This document shows positions 49,262 through 58,252 of a DNA stretch of 64,000 nucleotides, piece by piece; the stretch's first letter is position 1; each line of letters begins with the position of its first letter. The translations under genes and the position numbers were made by a program. The stretch spans positions 60,865 to 124,864 of the forward strand of contig MFNL01000002.1 in the NCBI GenBank assembly GCA_001782035.1. Reading direction: 5' to 3'. The notes under the pieces were generated by a model. The model did not search any database. It was not told the origin of the DNA and saw only the letters and a program-made list of their open reading frames with translations. The DNA comes from Candidatus Levybacteria bacterium RIFCSPHIGHO2_01_FULL_37_17. GTDB taxonomy: Bacteria; Patescibacteriota; Microgenomatia; Levybacterales; UBA12049.

Positions 49262-51223
49262 ATGGAAAGTGCGGAAAGACAAAAAATTAATCAACAAGCG
49301 GAATTTGTAACAGATACTTTTGAAATTAAATTTCTTTCCCGGAGCGCAGATGGGCTAGAGATAGTAACGGACCAAAAACTTTTAAGACACGCACCAAATA
49401 CTCCTTTGCCTTTTGCCGAAAGGATTGCAAAAGAAAGAGCTAGGGAGAAAAAACAATTCAGAACAGGTACTGATTTTGCTCCAAAAGTGGGAATAAGAAA
49501 CCCAAGATTAGAAGGAAACCAACTTATTGTTGATGTAATGCCTGTAACCTTCCCTACTTTTAAGGCGATAAGTGAGGCAGATATATCAACAAACGAAAGA
49601 GAAATTGCTAATCCATCAGCCACTTCATTAATTTTAGTTACTACAGAACCAGACGGATCGCATAAATTTATACTTCAACACAGGAGCCCTAAAAACTTCT
49701 TCTACGGAGACATTCCAGGGGCAAGTGCTGCAGGATACCTTGATGCAAAATTACATACTACCGGAAATGATAAGGGGAAAATAGACGCTGTTACAACAGA
49801 TTCCATCAAAGCAAATGGGGCAAAAGAAATGAGAGAAGAAATTGGACTTTACCCAAGAGATATAGAAGATCTAAAAATTACGGGGCTTGCATCAGATAAG
49901 GTTAGGGTCCACGATGAATTCCTACTTTCTGCCAAAACTAAACTCAGTGCACGGGAGATTTTATTTAGATCAGGGTTAGGCGACACACATAGATTTGTCG
50001 AACAAGCACTTATAATTGATGCTGATAAGGAAACAGTAAATAAATTGTTGACCGAAGTTAAATGTCCATTGCCTCCTACGCATTTAGCTGCTTTTATTGC
50101 TGCCGAATACGCAATTATTCTCGAGGAAGAAGGGTTAGAAGTTGCTGAAGAATGGAAAAGGGAAATACAAGGAGGCGTAAAAAGAAATTATAGAGAAATA
50201 GATGAAATGGTCCAAAGATTCTACTTATATAATTTCCAGGTGGTAGATGATGTTCCAGAAGGGAAACCAGCTAGGAATACTCGTGGTTATGATCCGGCTT
50301 ATTTACCATCGCAACAAGGTCTTCCAGATATTGATTCAGAATTAGAGCGAGTGGGAATAAAAACAAAAGAGTTACAGAGAACAGTTGATGAAGTTATGGT
50401 TTTTGATGTCGATGGAGTCTTAACCATACCGGATGAAAGATTGTTCGATAGAGAAGTAATGGAGCACATTGCCCAAGTTTTAAAAAGAGGCGAGCCTGTA
50501 ATCCTTAATACGGGCAGGTCAATTTCCTGGCTCCAAGAAAAGATAGTAGCAAGGCTATACCACGCGCACAACCTTACAGATGTCACAGCCTTGCAAAACC
50601 TGTTTATGATTGCAGAAAAAGGTGGAGCTTGGATGGGTTTTAACGAACGGGGGCTTATGGATCCAGTACCGCATAGAGATGCAAGCGTATCGGTTCCCGA
50701 AAGTTTACAAAAAAAAGTAAGAGAAATTGTATCTGATGAATTTGCAAATACTATGTTTTTTGATGAAACCAAAGTATCGATGATTTCTGTTGAAATGAAC
50801 GAGGGAATTGATCTGAAAAATCCAGAACAAGAAGAAATGTTTAGAGAAGGTCAAAAAAGATTGGTGGAAAGATTAAAGCAGCTCTTAAAAAGTGAAGGGT
50901 TGGATACAGATTTAAAAATTGATCCAACAACAATCGCAACCGATATACAAAACAAGCATGTGGGCAAAGACTTTGCTATGCAAAGAGCTGTCGCTTGGTT
51001 AAAACAAAGACATATTTTTCCAAAAAAATATATTACGTTCGGCGATAGCGAGTCGGATTTTGCTATGGCCCAGCACTTGCATCAAGCAGGCTCAGATGTT
51101 GAGCATGTTCATGTAGGAAAATCTGCCATTCCAGAAGGAGTTTCTTTTCCTGTGGTTATAACAGAAGGAAAGTATAACAAGGGCACGAACGAGTACTTGA
51201 AAAGTAAGGAACCAATCAGTTAA
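49262..51223 (+). CDS. Nudix-like domain fused to a HAD-IIB phosphatase
   Basis: Partial Nudix box AKEMREEIGL; HAD motifs FDVDGVL, NTGR, K, FGDSESD. Confidence 0.7.
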   Translation: MESAERQKINQQAEFVTDTFEIKFLSRSADGLEIVTDQKLLRHAPNTPLPFAERIAKERAREKKQFRTGTDFAPKVGIRNPRLEGNQLIVDVMPVTFPTFKAISEADISTNEREIANPSATSLILVTTEPDGSHKFILQHRSPKNFFYGDIPGASAAGYLDAKLHTTGNDKGKIDAVTTDSIKANGAKEMREEIGLYPRDIEDLKITGLASDKVRVHDEFLLSAKTKLSAREILFRSGLGDTHRFVEQALIIDADKETVNKLLTEVKCPLPPTHLAAFIAAEYAIILEEEGLEVAEEWKREIQGGVKRNYREIDEMVQRFYLYNFQVVDDVPEGKPARNTRGYDPAYLPSQQGLPDIDSELERVGIKTKELQRTVDEVMVFDVDGVLTIPDERLFDREVMEHIAQVLKRGEPVILNTGRSISWLQEKIVARLYHAHNLTDVTALQNLFMIAEKGGAWMGFNERGLMDPVPHRDASVSVPESLQKKVREIVSDEFANTMFFDETKVSMISVEMNEGIDLKNPEQEEMFREGQKRLVERLKQLLKSEGLDTDLKIDPTTIATDIQNKHVGKDFAMQRAVAWLKQRHIFPKKYITFGDSESDFAMAQHLHQAGSDVEHVHVGKSAIPEGVSFPVVITEGKYNKGTNEYLKSKEPIS

Positions 51224-51770
51224 TTTGGGGCTCAAGCAGTGTCCAATTATGAGATACATAAGGCTCACTGCATAGGTTACGATTAAAACAGCATGGCCTT
51301 CTCTCTCCAGAATTGAGCTTAGAAAGGGCAACTTCTATATGTTTTTGGCGAGTTTCAGATGTTTTGACAGCTCGTATCCAACGAACCCAATCCCAACGTG
51401 CATTTGGAGTAATATCTTTCCATAAAGCCTCGGCTTTGGGTGAAGACAACAACGCTTTCTTTAAATCGTCTGGGACTTCCGGCTCAATCCATTCTTTAGT
51501 CGGTTCAAGCGTAACCTGTACTGTATCGCCAGCAGCTGCACTAGCATCATCAAGCAACTTTTTGTCAAGCCTAAACCAGTGGCTTGGTTGTTTTCCTACT
51601 CCATACTTTCCATCCGGCTCAAGCAAGGTTTTAAAAAGAACCCCGTTGATAGTTCCCGAAACCATGGTCATACCTCTTGAGGGAAGTTTCGCGCTTGCAT
51701 CCTCAGGAAGTCTTAAAATGGTCCATGTGTTGATCTTAAACAACTTAGCTTCAAAACTTATTGCGGACAT
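51216..51770 (-). CDS. DUF1905 / YdeI-OmpD-associated family protein
   Basis: LPSRG..VSGTING, VPDDL..AL, WI..KT.ETR. Confidence 0.8.
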   Translation of the reverse strand: MSAISFEAKLFKINTWTILRLPEDASAKLPSRGMTMVSGTINGVLFKTLLEPDGKYGVGKQPSHWFRLDKKLLDDASAAAGDTVQVTLEPTKEWIEPEVPDDLKKALLSSPKAEALWKDITPNARWDWVRWIRAVKTSETRQKHIEVALSKLNSGERRPCCFNRNLCSEPYVSHNWTLLEPQIN

Positions 51771-51774
51771 CGTG

Positions 51775-51847
51775 GGTGGATGACGGGTAACGCTCCCGCT
51801 GCCTCCTGGACCACAACCAGGCGTTCTGCTTTTGAACTACATCCACC
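51775..51847 (-). tRNA. tRNA-His(GTG), non-canonical D and T loops
   Basis: G-1:C73 encoded, loop TTGTGGT; T-loop AGCGTTA. Confidence 0.85.
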
Positions 51848-51849
51848 AT

Positions 51850-51874
51850 GCTTACACTGAGTAAATCGAAGTGC
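51850..51874 (-). repeat. short palindromic element, solo copy
   Basis: Reverse complement GCAC-TTCG-ATTTA-CTCA-GTGT-AAGC. Confidence 0.6.
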
Positions 51875-51946
51875 GACCCTGGAGGGAATCGAACCCCCAA
51901 CCTGGTGCTTAGAACGCACTCGCTCTATCCGTTGAGCTACAGGGCC
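51874..51946 (-). tRNA. tRNA-Arg(TCT)
   Basis: GGCCCTG..CAGGGTC, loop GTTCTAA. Confidence 0.92.
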
Positions 51947-52017
51947 ATGCTCATATTTTATCAAAAATACCCTCGAAACAAAAGACTCGCTAGTGTATAA
52001 TCGAGTTGAATTTATTG

Positions 52018-52860
52018 ATGAAAAAAATATTTATTCAACAAATCGTTCCCGTTGCTCTCACAATTTTAACTTTCCTCGTACTTTCTACATGTCTTTATGG
52101 TTTGCTTCTTTTATTAAATTTATTGCCATTATCTGAAAAAATTCTACTAGATTTTAATAAACGGGACGTATTAATCGGAATAGCTATTTATTTAAAAACA
52201 GCGATTGACTTCGCAATATTTATAGGTAACTTAATGCACACAAACCCCGGATGGAAGAAGCGTATTGCAATAGAGCTGGGAACGGCTGTGGGTAATGCAT
52301 TTGGTACATTTGCAGTCCTTATTGTGTGGGTTTTATTTAAGGAAGTGCCAATCTTAATGATGCTTATGATATTTGTAGCATCGATTGTGTTATTAAGAAT
52401 GGCTCAAGAAAGTCTTGAGGAATTTCTAAAACAGAAAAAAAGTTTTATCGATATAAAAATGCCCGTTTATCTTCTTCAGTCTCAACTGAATTTCGTAAAT
52501 AAATTATTTCGTCCAATTCTTAAATTTGTAGTGCCGCATTTGAACTTAACGAGGGTTAAAAAACTGTCATTTGTTAATTTAGCAGTTTTTTCATTTACGA
52601 TACCTTTTATTTTGGGTTTGGACGATTTTGCTGGTTATGTTCCGTTATTCAATGTGATTAATCTATTTGGATTTGCCCTTGGAGTAATGCTTGGGCACAT
52701 GATTTTAAATATAGGATTATTTATCTGGCCAACTAAAACTGTACAAATAGTAAGGCACCCATTTGTACTAATAATAGGTGGATTGGCTTTTGTCGGTCTT
52801 GCTTTGTGGGGTTTTTACGAAGTCTTCAAGCTATTTACATTTAATATAATGAGCGGGTGA
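52018..52860 (+). CDS. CadD-like (LysE superfamily) membrane transporter
   Basis: Internal repeats TAIDFAI and GLDDFAGYVPLF; many TMs. Confidence 0.55.
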   Translation: MKKIFIQQIVPVALTILTFLVLSTCLYGLLLLLNLLPLSEKILLDFNKRDVLIGIAIYLKTAIDFAIFIGNLMHTNPGWKKRIAIELGTAVGNAFGTFAVLIVWVLFKEVPILMMLMIFVASIVLLRMAQESLEEFLKQKKSFIDIKMPVYLLQSQLNFVNKLFRPILKFVVPHLNLTRVKKLSFVNLAVFSFTIPFILGLDDFAGYVPLFNVINLFGFALGVMLGHMILNIGLFIWPTKTVQIVRHPFVLIIGGLAFVGLALWGFYEVFKLFTFNIMSG

Positions 52861-52922
52861 AGGGAATCGAACCCTCGTATCAACTTTGGAAAAGTTGTGT
52901 TCTGCCATTGAACTACACCCGC
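52852..52922 (-). tRNA. tRNA-Gly(TCC)
   Basis: GCGGGTG..CACCCGC, loop TTTCCAA. Confidence 0.95.
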
Positions 52923-53071
52923 CAAATGGGACAAACCTCGCGGTTTTCCCCAACGATTTCCATTTAAGGATAGCAAAATCGGAACTCTTAATCCAGCGAT
53001 TTTGCTTAATCGTAGATAAATTATTATACAAAACATTTGAAGTTTGCTCAAGAATTCGCTACGATATTTTT

Positions 53072-53377
53072 ATGTCACAAGGGATTAATCATTTTCACGG
53101 ACATAAAAAACCAGTTACTCCTTTTGATCATTTAATGTATGCTGTAGCTTTAATAGCACCACTTCTTACTGTTCCTCAATTCCTAGATGTGTGGATAAGA
53201 AAGGATGCATCGGGCCTTTCACTTTTTACATGGAGCGCCTATACAGTTATGTCTTTTCTTTGGCTCTTATATTGGAAAGAGCACCATAAAACGTGGATCC
53301 TTCTTGGGCATATTATTATTCTTTTACTTAATGCTGGGATTGTACTTGGAATCTTGATTTACGGTAAGTCGGGGTGA
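53072..53377 (+). CDS. SemiSWEET/PQ-loop-like small membrane protein
   Basis: Three TMs, VPQ, GLS..TW, W..Y, N. Confidence 0.7.
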   Translation: MSQGINHFHGHKKPVTPFDHLMYAVALIAPLLTVPQFLDVWIRKDASGLSLFTWSAYTVMSFLWLLYWKEHHKTWILLGHIIILLLNAGIVLGILIYGKSG

Positions 53378-53440
53378 GAGGAATTGGACCTCTTACTTCT
53401 CGGTCCCAAACCGAGCGTTCTACCGATGAACTACACCCCG
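53369..53440 (-). tRNA. tRNA-Pro(TGG)
   Basis: CGGGGTG..CACCCCG, loop TTTGGGA; T-loop TCCAATT. Confidence 0.92.
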
Positions 53441-53442
53441 TG

Positions 53443-53513
53443 CTGCCGAGCTTGGATTCGAACCAAAATAAACGGATCCAAAGTCCGTTGTCCTACCATT
53501 AGACGACTCGGCA
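53443..53513 (-). tRNA. tRNA-Gln(TTG)
   Basis: U1-A72 pair, loop CTTTGGA. Confidence 0.93.
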
Positions 53514-53627
53514 ATGCTTCAATTCTATCAATTTTTTGCTCAGTTGAAAAGCGAAGCACATTGCCGTAAAATTGTTTTACGTCATATTTTGTCCGCTTGC
53601 CTCGCTTTGCGGGACAAGAACTGACGA

Positions 53628-53712
53628 GCCGTGGTGGTGGAATGGCAGACACGAGGGCCTTAAGAGCCTTTGTCCCTAAACGGACGTGAGAGTTCGACTC
53701 TCTCCCGCGGCA
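53628..53712 (+). tRNA. tRNA-Leu(TAA)
   Basis: Loop CTTAAGA, long variable arm. Confidence 0.92.
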
Positions 53713-53715
53713 CAA

Positions 53716-54795
53716 TTAAAGCATGTCGGGATTAATTTTAATGATTTTATCATCTCCTGATTTCGAAACCCCTCTTCCATCCAAATTACTTGTAGTTATA
53801 TATAGAAAATTATCCGGCCCCAAAACTACATCTCTTAATCTTCCATATTCATTCTTAAAATACTCCGTTAATTGTTGCGTTGAAATATTATACTTGTAGA
53901 AAGCCTCTCCTTTTAGACCGCCAAAATATAATGAGCCATTGTGATATGCAAGACCGGCAGGTGCCCAAACATTTCTATCTGATTGCAATACGGGCCCCAC
54001 AGTTCCTGATCTAACGCTCTGGCCGACGCTTTCCGGCCAGCCGTAGTTTTTGCCTTCTTCTATTTTATTTATTTCGTCTTGGCAACAATTAGGCCAAATT
54101 CCAGAAGGACCATGCTCTGTTTCCCAAAGTTGTCCTGACTCATCCCAAGCAATTCCTTGTGGATTCCTGTGTCCGTATGAATAAATCGCAACTTTTCCAT
54201 CTCTTTCAACCCGCAATATTTTTCCAGCAAATGAATCCCTATCTTGTGCCAAAGAGGACTGCGTCGCATCACCGGTTGTAATATAAAGCAGGCCATCTGG
54301 CCCAAACTTAATTCTGCCTCCGTTGTGATAAATTCCGCCAGGAATTTCGTCAACTATGATTTTTTCTTCAGATAAAGAGCCATTCTTATAAGTTAATCTA
54401 ACCACTCGATTAAGAGTATTATTTCCGTTTCCGCTATATGTGTAGTAAAAATAAATAAAATTGTTTGAAGAAAAATTTGGGTCCAAGGCCATTCCCATAA
54501 GACCGCCTTCTCCGTATTCTTTTACATTTCCAAGCTTCGTAATCTCACTTTTTTCTTTTTTTCTTATCAGAGCAACTGTTCCATTTCTCTCGGTAATAAG
54601 CATTGAGTTATCAGGAAGAAAAGCAATTGACCAAGGAGTGTCTAATTGTTCCGCGATTACCGTTATATTCTTAGAAGGAGTTTCACTTTTAGGTTTTAAC
54701 GTGTTAAGACTTGGGAATACGGAGTCTTTATTAATAAATATGACAAAGAATGCTAATCCGACCAAAATCAAGATTATTAATAAAACTATTCTCAT
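53716..54795 (-). CDS. PQQ-dependent sugar dehydrogenase (GSDH) family protein
   Basis: PW.IAF, GEGGL, HNGGRI.FGPDG, GHRNPQG, GRLRDV. Confidence 0.88.
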   Translation of the reverse strand: MRIVLLIILILVGLAFFVIFINKDSVFPSLNTLKPKSETPSKNITVIAEQLDTPWSIAFLPDNSMLITERNGTVALIRKKEKSEITKLGNVKEYGEGGLMGMALDPNFSSNNFIYFYYTYSGNGNNTLNRVVRLTYKNGSLSEEKIIVDEIPGGIYHNGGRIKFGPDGLLYITTGDATQSSLAQDRDSFAGKILRVERDGKVAIYSYGHRNPQGIAWDESGQLWETEHGPSGIWPNCCQDEINKIEEGKNYGWPESVGQSVRSGTVGPVLQSDRNVWAPAGLAYHNGSLYFGGLKGEAFYKYNISTQQLTEYFKNEYGRLRDVVLGPDNFLYITTSNLDGRGVSKSGDDKIIKINPDML

Positions 54796-54865
54796 AACAA
54801 TAATATAACGTATTTTAAACAAAATATCTTACAGAGCTATAAATTTTTTGTATAATATTCGAATT

Positions 54866-55816
54866 ATGCGTGAAACTGTCCTAAAGTTTTTTAGCCTTCT
54901 TATTAGCAAATTTGCTTTCGCTTTTATAATCACCACTCTACTTACAGGAATAATTTTAATACCATTTGTTATTAAAAACACTTATAAAATAAACCAAGCA
55001 CCTAAGCCTCTGCTCGATATAGTCCCCACTAAAATTATTACCAAAACGCCTACCGCAACACCTAGCCCTACATTAAAACCTATTCCGTCCAATATCATTG
55101 CGCCAACGAGTCCTCCTGTTGTAATAAATAATGTAGCTCCAGGATCTGGCTACAACAGGCAAACTGTTGCAATATCAGAAGGAAATTTTATCGTGGATAT
55201 TATAGCTGCGGATTTAAATACAACCAGAGTAATCGTTGACACTGCATCTGATTCTGATTGCTTCGATAATTGCCCAGTACTTCCGCTTTCAGATTATGTA
55301 TCAAGGAGTGGAGGATTTGCGGGTATCAATGGTACGTATTTCTGTCCGGCTTCATATCCATCATGTGCCGGCAAAGTTAATTCGTTCGATTTATTGGTTA
55401 TGAATAAAAACAAATATTATTTTAATTCCTCCAATAATGTTTACAGCACAAACCCTGCAGTAATCTTTTATGGCAACTCTGTAAGGTTTGTCGGGCAAGC
55501 GCTTGAATGGGGAAGGGACACTGGTGTAGATGCTGTAATCTCAAACTTTCCATTATACGTAAGCGGCGGAAATGCTGTAGCACAAGGGGGAGTGAGGGGA
55601 TTTAAATCATTTATCGGAAATAAAGGGAGCACGGTTTATATTGGATTCGTACGAAATGCAACCGCAGGAGAAACTGCAAAGGTTTTGCAAGCCTTAGGTT
55701 TGGAAAATGCGATGGGCTTGGACCAAGGAGGTTCCACTGCTTTAATGTATAACAGCTCCTATATTCTTGGCCCTGGTCGCGGGATACCAAATGCTGTCCT
55801 ATTTGTGCGTAAATAG
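54866..55816 (+). CDS. phosphodiester glycosidase (NAGPA-like) family protein
   Basis: INGTYF, AMGLDQGGSTAL, R.IPNA; N-terminal TM and Pro/Thr linker. Confidence 0.75.
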   Translation: MRETVLKFFSLLISKFAFAFIITTLLTGIILIPFVIKNTYKINQAPKPLLDIVPTKIITKTPTATPSPTLKPIPSNIIAPTSPPVVINNVAPGSGYNRQTVAISEGNFIVDIIAADLNTTRVIVDTASDSDCFDNCPVLPLSDYVSRSGGFAGINGTYFCPASYPSCAGKVNSFDLLVMNKNKYYFNSSNNVYSTNPAVIFYGNSVRFVGQALEWGRDTGVDAVISNFPLYVSGGNAVAQGGVRGFKSFIGNKGSTVYIGFVRNATAGETAKVLQALGLENAMGLDQGGSTALMYNSSYILGPGRGIPNAVLFVRK

Positions 55817-55900
55817 TGCCCAAGGGGAGATTCGAACTCCCAAGTCCTTGCGGACACAGCGTTCTGAACGCTGCGCGTCTGCCAGTTTCGCCACCTGGGC
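55817..55900 (-). tRNA. tRNA-Leu(CAG)
   Basis: Loop TTCAGAA, variable arm. Confidence 0.93.
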
Positions 55901-55905
55901 ATTTG

Positions 55906-55977
55906 TGGGCCCTGAGGGACTTGAACCCCCGACACCTGCGATGTAAACGCAGTGCTCTACCACTGAGCTAAGAGCCC
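55906..55977 (-). tRNA. tRNA-Val(TAC)
   Basis: Loop TTTACAT. Confidence 0.95.
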
Positions 55978-56064
55978 TGGTGCGGATGAGAGGACTCGAA
56001 CCTCCACGCTTTTTACGGCACAGCCACCTCAAGGCTGCGTGTATACCAGTTTCACCACATCCGC
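55978..56064 (-). tRNA. tRNA-Leu(GAG)
   Basis: Loop TTGAGGT, variable arm, encoded CCA. Confidence 0.93.
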
Positions 56065-56067
56065 GTG

Positions 56068-56140
56068 TGCTGAGGGCGTGAGTCGAACACGCATAGCCTG
56101 TTCTTCAGACAGGTGCCTTGACCACCTTGGCTACCTCAGC
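56068..56140 (-). tRNA. tRNA-Phe(GAA)
   Basis: GCTGAGG..CCTCAGC, loop CTGAAGA. Confidence 0.92.
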
Positions 56141-56207
56141 TTGGATTAATATTATACAAGAGCTCTTGACTCTTGACAAATTTAGTGTAGAATATCATCC
56201 TTATATT

Positions 56208-56495
56208 ATGCCAGTATCGCAATTCGAGAGAGAAAGAACAACTAGAGTAAACTTTGATGAGCTTGCCGGCAAAGTCGGAGGGGAAGTTGTTAGAACAAAG
56301 AGCGGGGAGAAAACAAGCGAGAAATTACTCGTAGGTGATAAAAGAGGAGTCTTTAACTGGAGCTTAATAAGAGAGATTATCCCGCAAAGACTTTCTCGAG
56401 TGTTTTTTCAAGATGAATTCGGCAGAGCAGATGTTACCGACTTAAGTATTTCAGTTAATGGAAGTAGAATAGTATTCGAAGTTTCTGAAGCCTAA
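56208..56495 (+). CDS. hypothetical protein
   Basis: ORF from MPVSQF, with TTGACA upstream. Confidence 0.55.
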   Translation: MPVSQFERERTTRVNFDELAGKVGGEVVRTKSGEKTSEKLLVGDKRGVFNWSLIREIIPQRLSRVFFQDEFGRADVTDLSISVNGSRIVFEVSEA

Positions 56496-56668
56496 CTTTT
56501 CTTCTTTGGTACTTTTGCCCCTGCTTTTCTAGCTTCAGATAGTCCAATTGCGATAGCCTGTTTTCTACTCTTAACCTTTCCACCCCTTCCACTCTTTAAC
56601 GCACCACGTTTATACTCGTGGATAGCTTTTTCAACTTTTTGCTGAGCTTTCTTACCATATCTAACCAT
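56492..56668 (-). CDS. DUF6496-like small basic protein
   Basis: KVEKAIHEYKRG.LKSG...KQAIAIGLSEAR. Confidence 0.8.
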   Translation of the reverse strand: MVRYGKKAQQKVEKAIHEYKRGALKSGRGGKVKSRKQAIAIGLSEARKAGAKVPKKKS

Positions 56669-56754
56669 ATTTATACTCCTCACCAATAAAACGCGTAAAT
56701 GCCCTTGTTGTTATCTTGAGCCTGGGGTACATTTTTGCTATACTCCAATAGTTC

Positions 56755-56826
56755 GCGGGAGTAGTTCATCGGTAGAATGTTTCCTTGCCAAGGAAAAGGC
56801 AGCGGGTTCGATTCCCGTCTCCCGCT
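56755..56826 (+). tRNA. tRNA-Gly(GCC)
   Basis: Loop TTGCCAA. Confidence 0.95.
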
Positions 56827-56880
56827 CATAGCCCCAAATTTCTTGACAAAAACATCTGAATTTGTCATTCTAAGGGATAC

Positions 56881-57456
56881 ATGAGAAAGATACTTATTTC
56901 TGCCTGCTTCTTCTTTCTTACTCCGGCACTTTTAATAGTTTCCATTCTATTTTTCGGCTATCTCAGCTCATATTCAGAACGCTCTTTTCTATCATTCCAA
57001 AAATCGCCCAAAGTAGCATACGCTGCTGTTCCAAATTCAAATCAAGCCTACTTATTAGATAATGCAGAAAAAGATGCCCGGGTAGAAAGAATAAGAGATT
57101 TTCTGACAAAATACGACTCTGACCTTGCTCCATATGCAGAATTTATTGTTGAAACAGCAGATAAATATAGCCTGGACTGGAGACTGGTCCCTGTAATTGC
57201 GATGCAGGAATCAACTCTTTGTAAAAAGGCGCCCAAAGATTCTTTTAACTGCTGGGGATTTGGGATTTACGGCAAGAAAGTTACAAAATTCTCAAACTAT
57301 AAAGAAGCAATTGAAACTGTTACAAAGACCCTTGCCAAGAATTACATAGACCAAGGACTAGTTGAGCCTGACGAAATAATGAGTAAGTATACGCCTTCAA
57401 ACGACGGAACTTGGGCCAAAAACGTAGCAAGTCTTATGAATGGTCTACAAATCTAG
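56881..57456 (+). CDS. lysozyme-like/glucosaminidase-domain protein
   Basis: DWRLV.IA..ES, NCWGFG, KYTP. Confidence 0.7.
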   Translation: MRKILISACFFFLTPALLIVSILFFGYLSSYSERSFLSFQKSPKVAYAAVPNSNQAYLLDNAEKDARVERIRDFLTKYDSDLAPYAEFIVETADKYSLDWRLVPVIAMQESTLCKKAPKDSFNCWGFGIYGKKVTKFSNYKEAIETVTKTLAKNYIDQGLVEPDEIMSKYTPSNDGTWAKNVASLMNGLQI

Positions 57457-57509
57457 CCCATAGTACACCCCTTGACAAACCTATAGTTGTGTGATACAAT
57501 GCCTCCTAG

Positions 57510-57554
57510 ATCCTAAGGTATGTCCTTCCAAATACATACGTTAGGATTTTTTTT
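57510..57554 (+). terminator. promoter-proximal hairpin with T8 tract
   Basis: ATCCTAA-G-GTATGT/ACATAC-G-TTAGGAT then T tract, just after TTGACA-17-TACAAT. Confidence 0.55.
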
Positions 57555-57576
57555 GGGCAAAAACGCCCTCATTAAT

Positions 57577-58128
57577 ATGAAAAGAATACTGCTCGCATTT
57601 CTTGCGGCAATAATCTTAACATTTCCAAATACAACCTTTGCGCAGGAAAAGGCTTCTGCCTCATCTGCAAAGATTGTTTCAAAAATTGAAGTAAGCTCCG
57701 TATTTGATAACCGTGTTCAAATACTTAGAGCATATCTTTTACAAAGAAATTCTCCGCTTGCCTATAACGCTTCTGATTTTATAAATTACGCAGACGAACA
57801 CAGCCTGGACTGGAGATTAGTTGCCGCAATTGCAGGAGTAGAATCTTCTTATGGTCTGGCTATTCCATACAATTCCTATAATGCATGGGGATGGGGAGTT
57901 TATGGAGATAATGTAATTAGATTTGCTTCTTGGAAAGAAGGAATATACACCATTTCCGAAGGTCTTAGAAATAAGTACATGAATAAATGGGGCGCTTCAA
58001 ATGTATACGAGATTGGAAGAATGTACGCTTCTTCGGCAGCGTGGCCAAACAGCGTAAATATACACTTAAATGAGATACAAAAATTTACACTTAGGGACAC
58101 CAAAAGCTCACTTCCGCTTTCTTTCTAA
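57577..58128 (+). CDS. lysozyme-like/glucosaminidase-domain protein (paralog)
   Basis: DWRLVAAIAGVESSYG, NAWGWG. Confidence 0.7.
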   Translation: MKRILLAFLAAIILTFPNTTFAQEKASASSAKIVSKIEVSSVFDNRVQILRAYLLQRNSPLAYNASDFINYADEHSLDWRLVAAIAGVESSYGLAIPYNSYNAWGWGVYGDNVIRFASWKEGIYTISEGLRNKYMNKWGASNVYEIGRMYASSAAWPNSVNIHLNEIQKFTLRDTKSSLPLSF

Positions 58129-58161
58129 TTGAGCTATAATGTACGCATCTCTTCGCGATGC

Positions 58162-58247
58162 GCGGACGTGGTGAAACGGCAGACACGCAAGGTTTAGGAC
58201 CTTGTGCCCGCAAGGGCGTGGGGGTTCAACTCCCTTCGTCCGCACCA
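58162..58247 (+). tRNA. tRNA-Leu(TAG)
   Basis: Loop TTTAGGA, variable arm, encoded CCA. Confidence 0.93.
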
Positions 58248-58252
58248 AAACT

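Noticed and set aside
52923-53016. Leader RNA as SRP RNA or a T-box
   Set aside because: No SRP domain IV (CAGG/GGAA/AGCA) pattern and no T-box consensus are visible.
51758-56868. Short ORFs at 51758, 52815, 52831, 53384, 53431, 55799 and 56680
   Set aside because: They are translations of tRNA genes; the same applies to 11390, 31799 and 43970.
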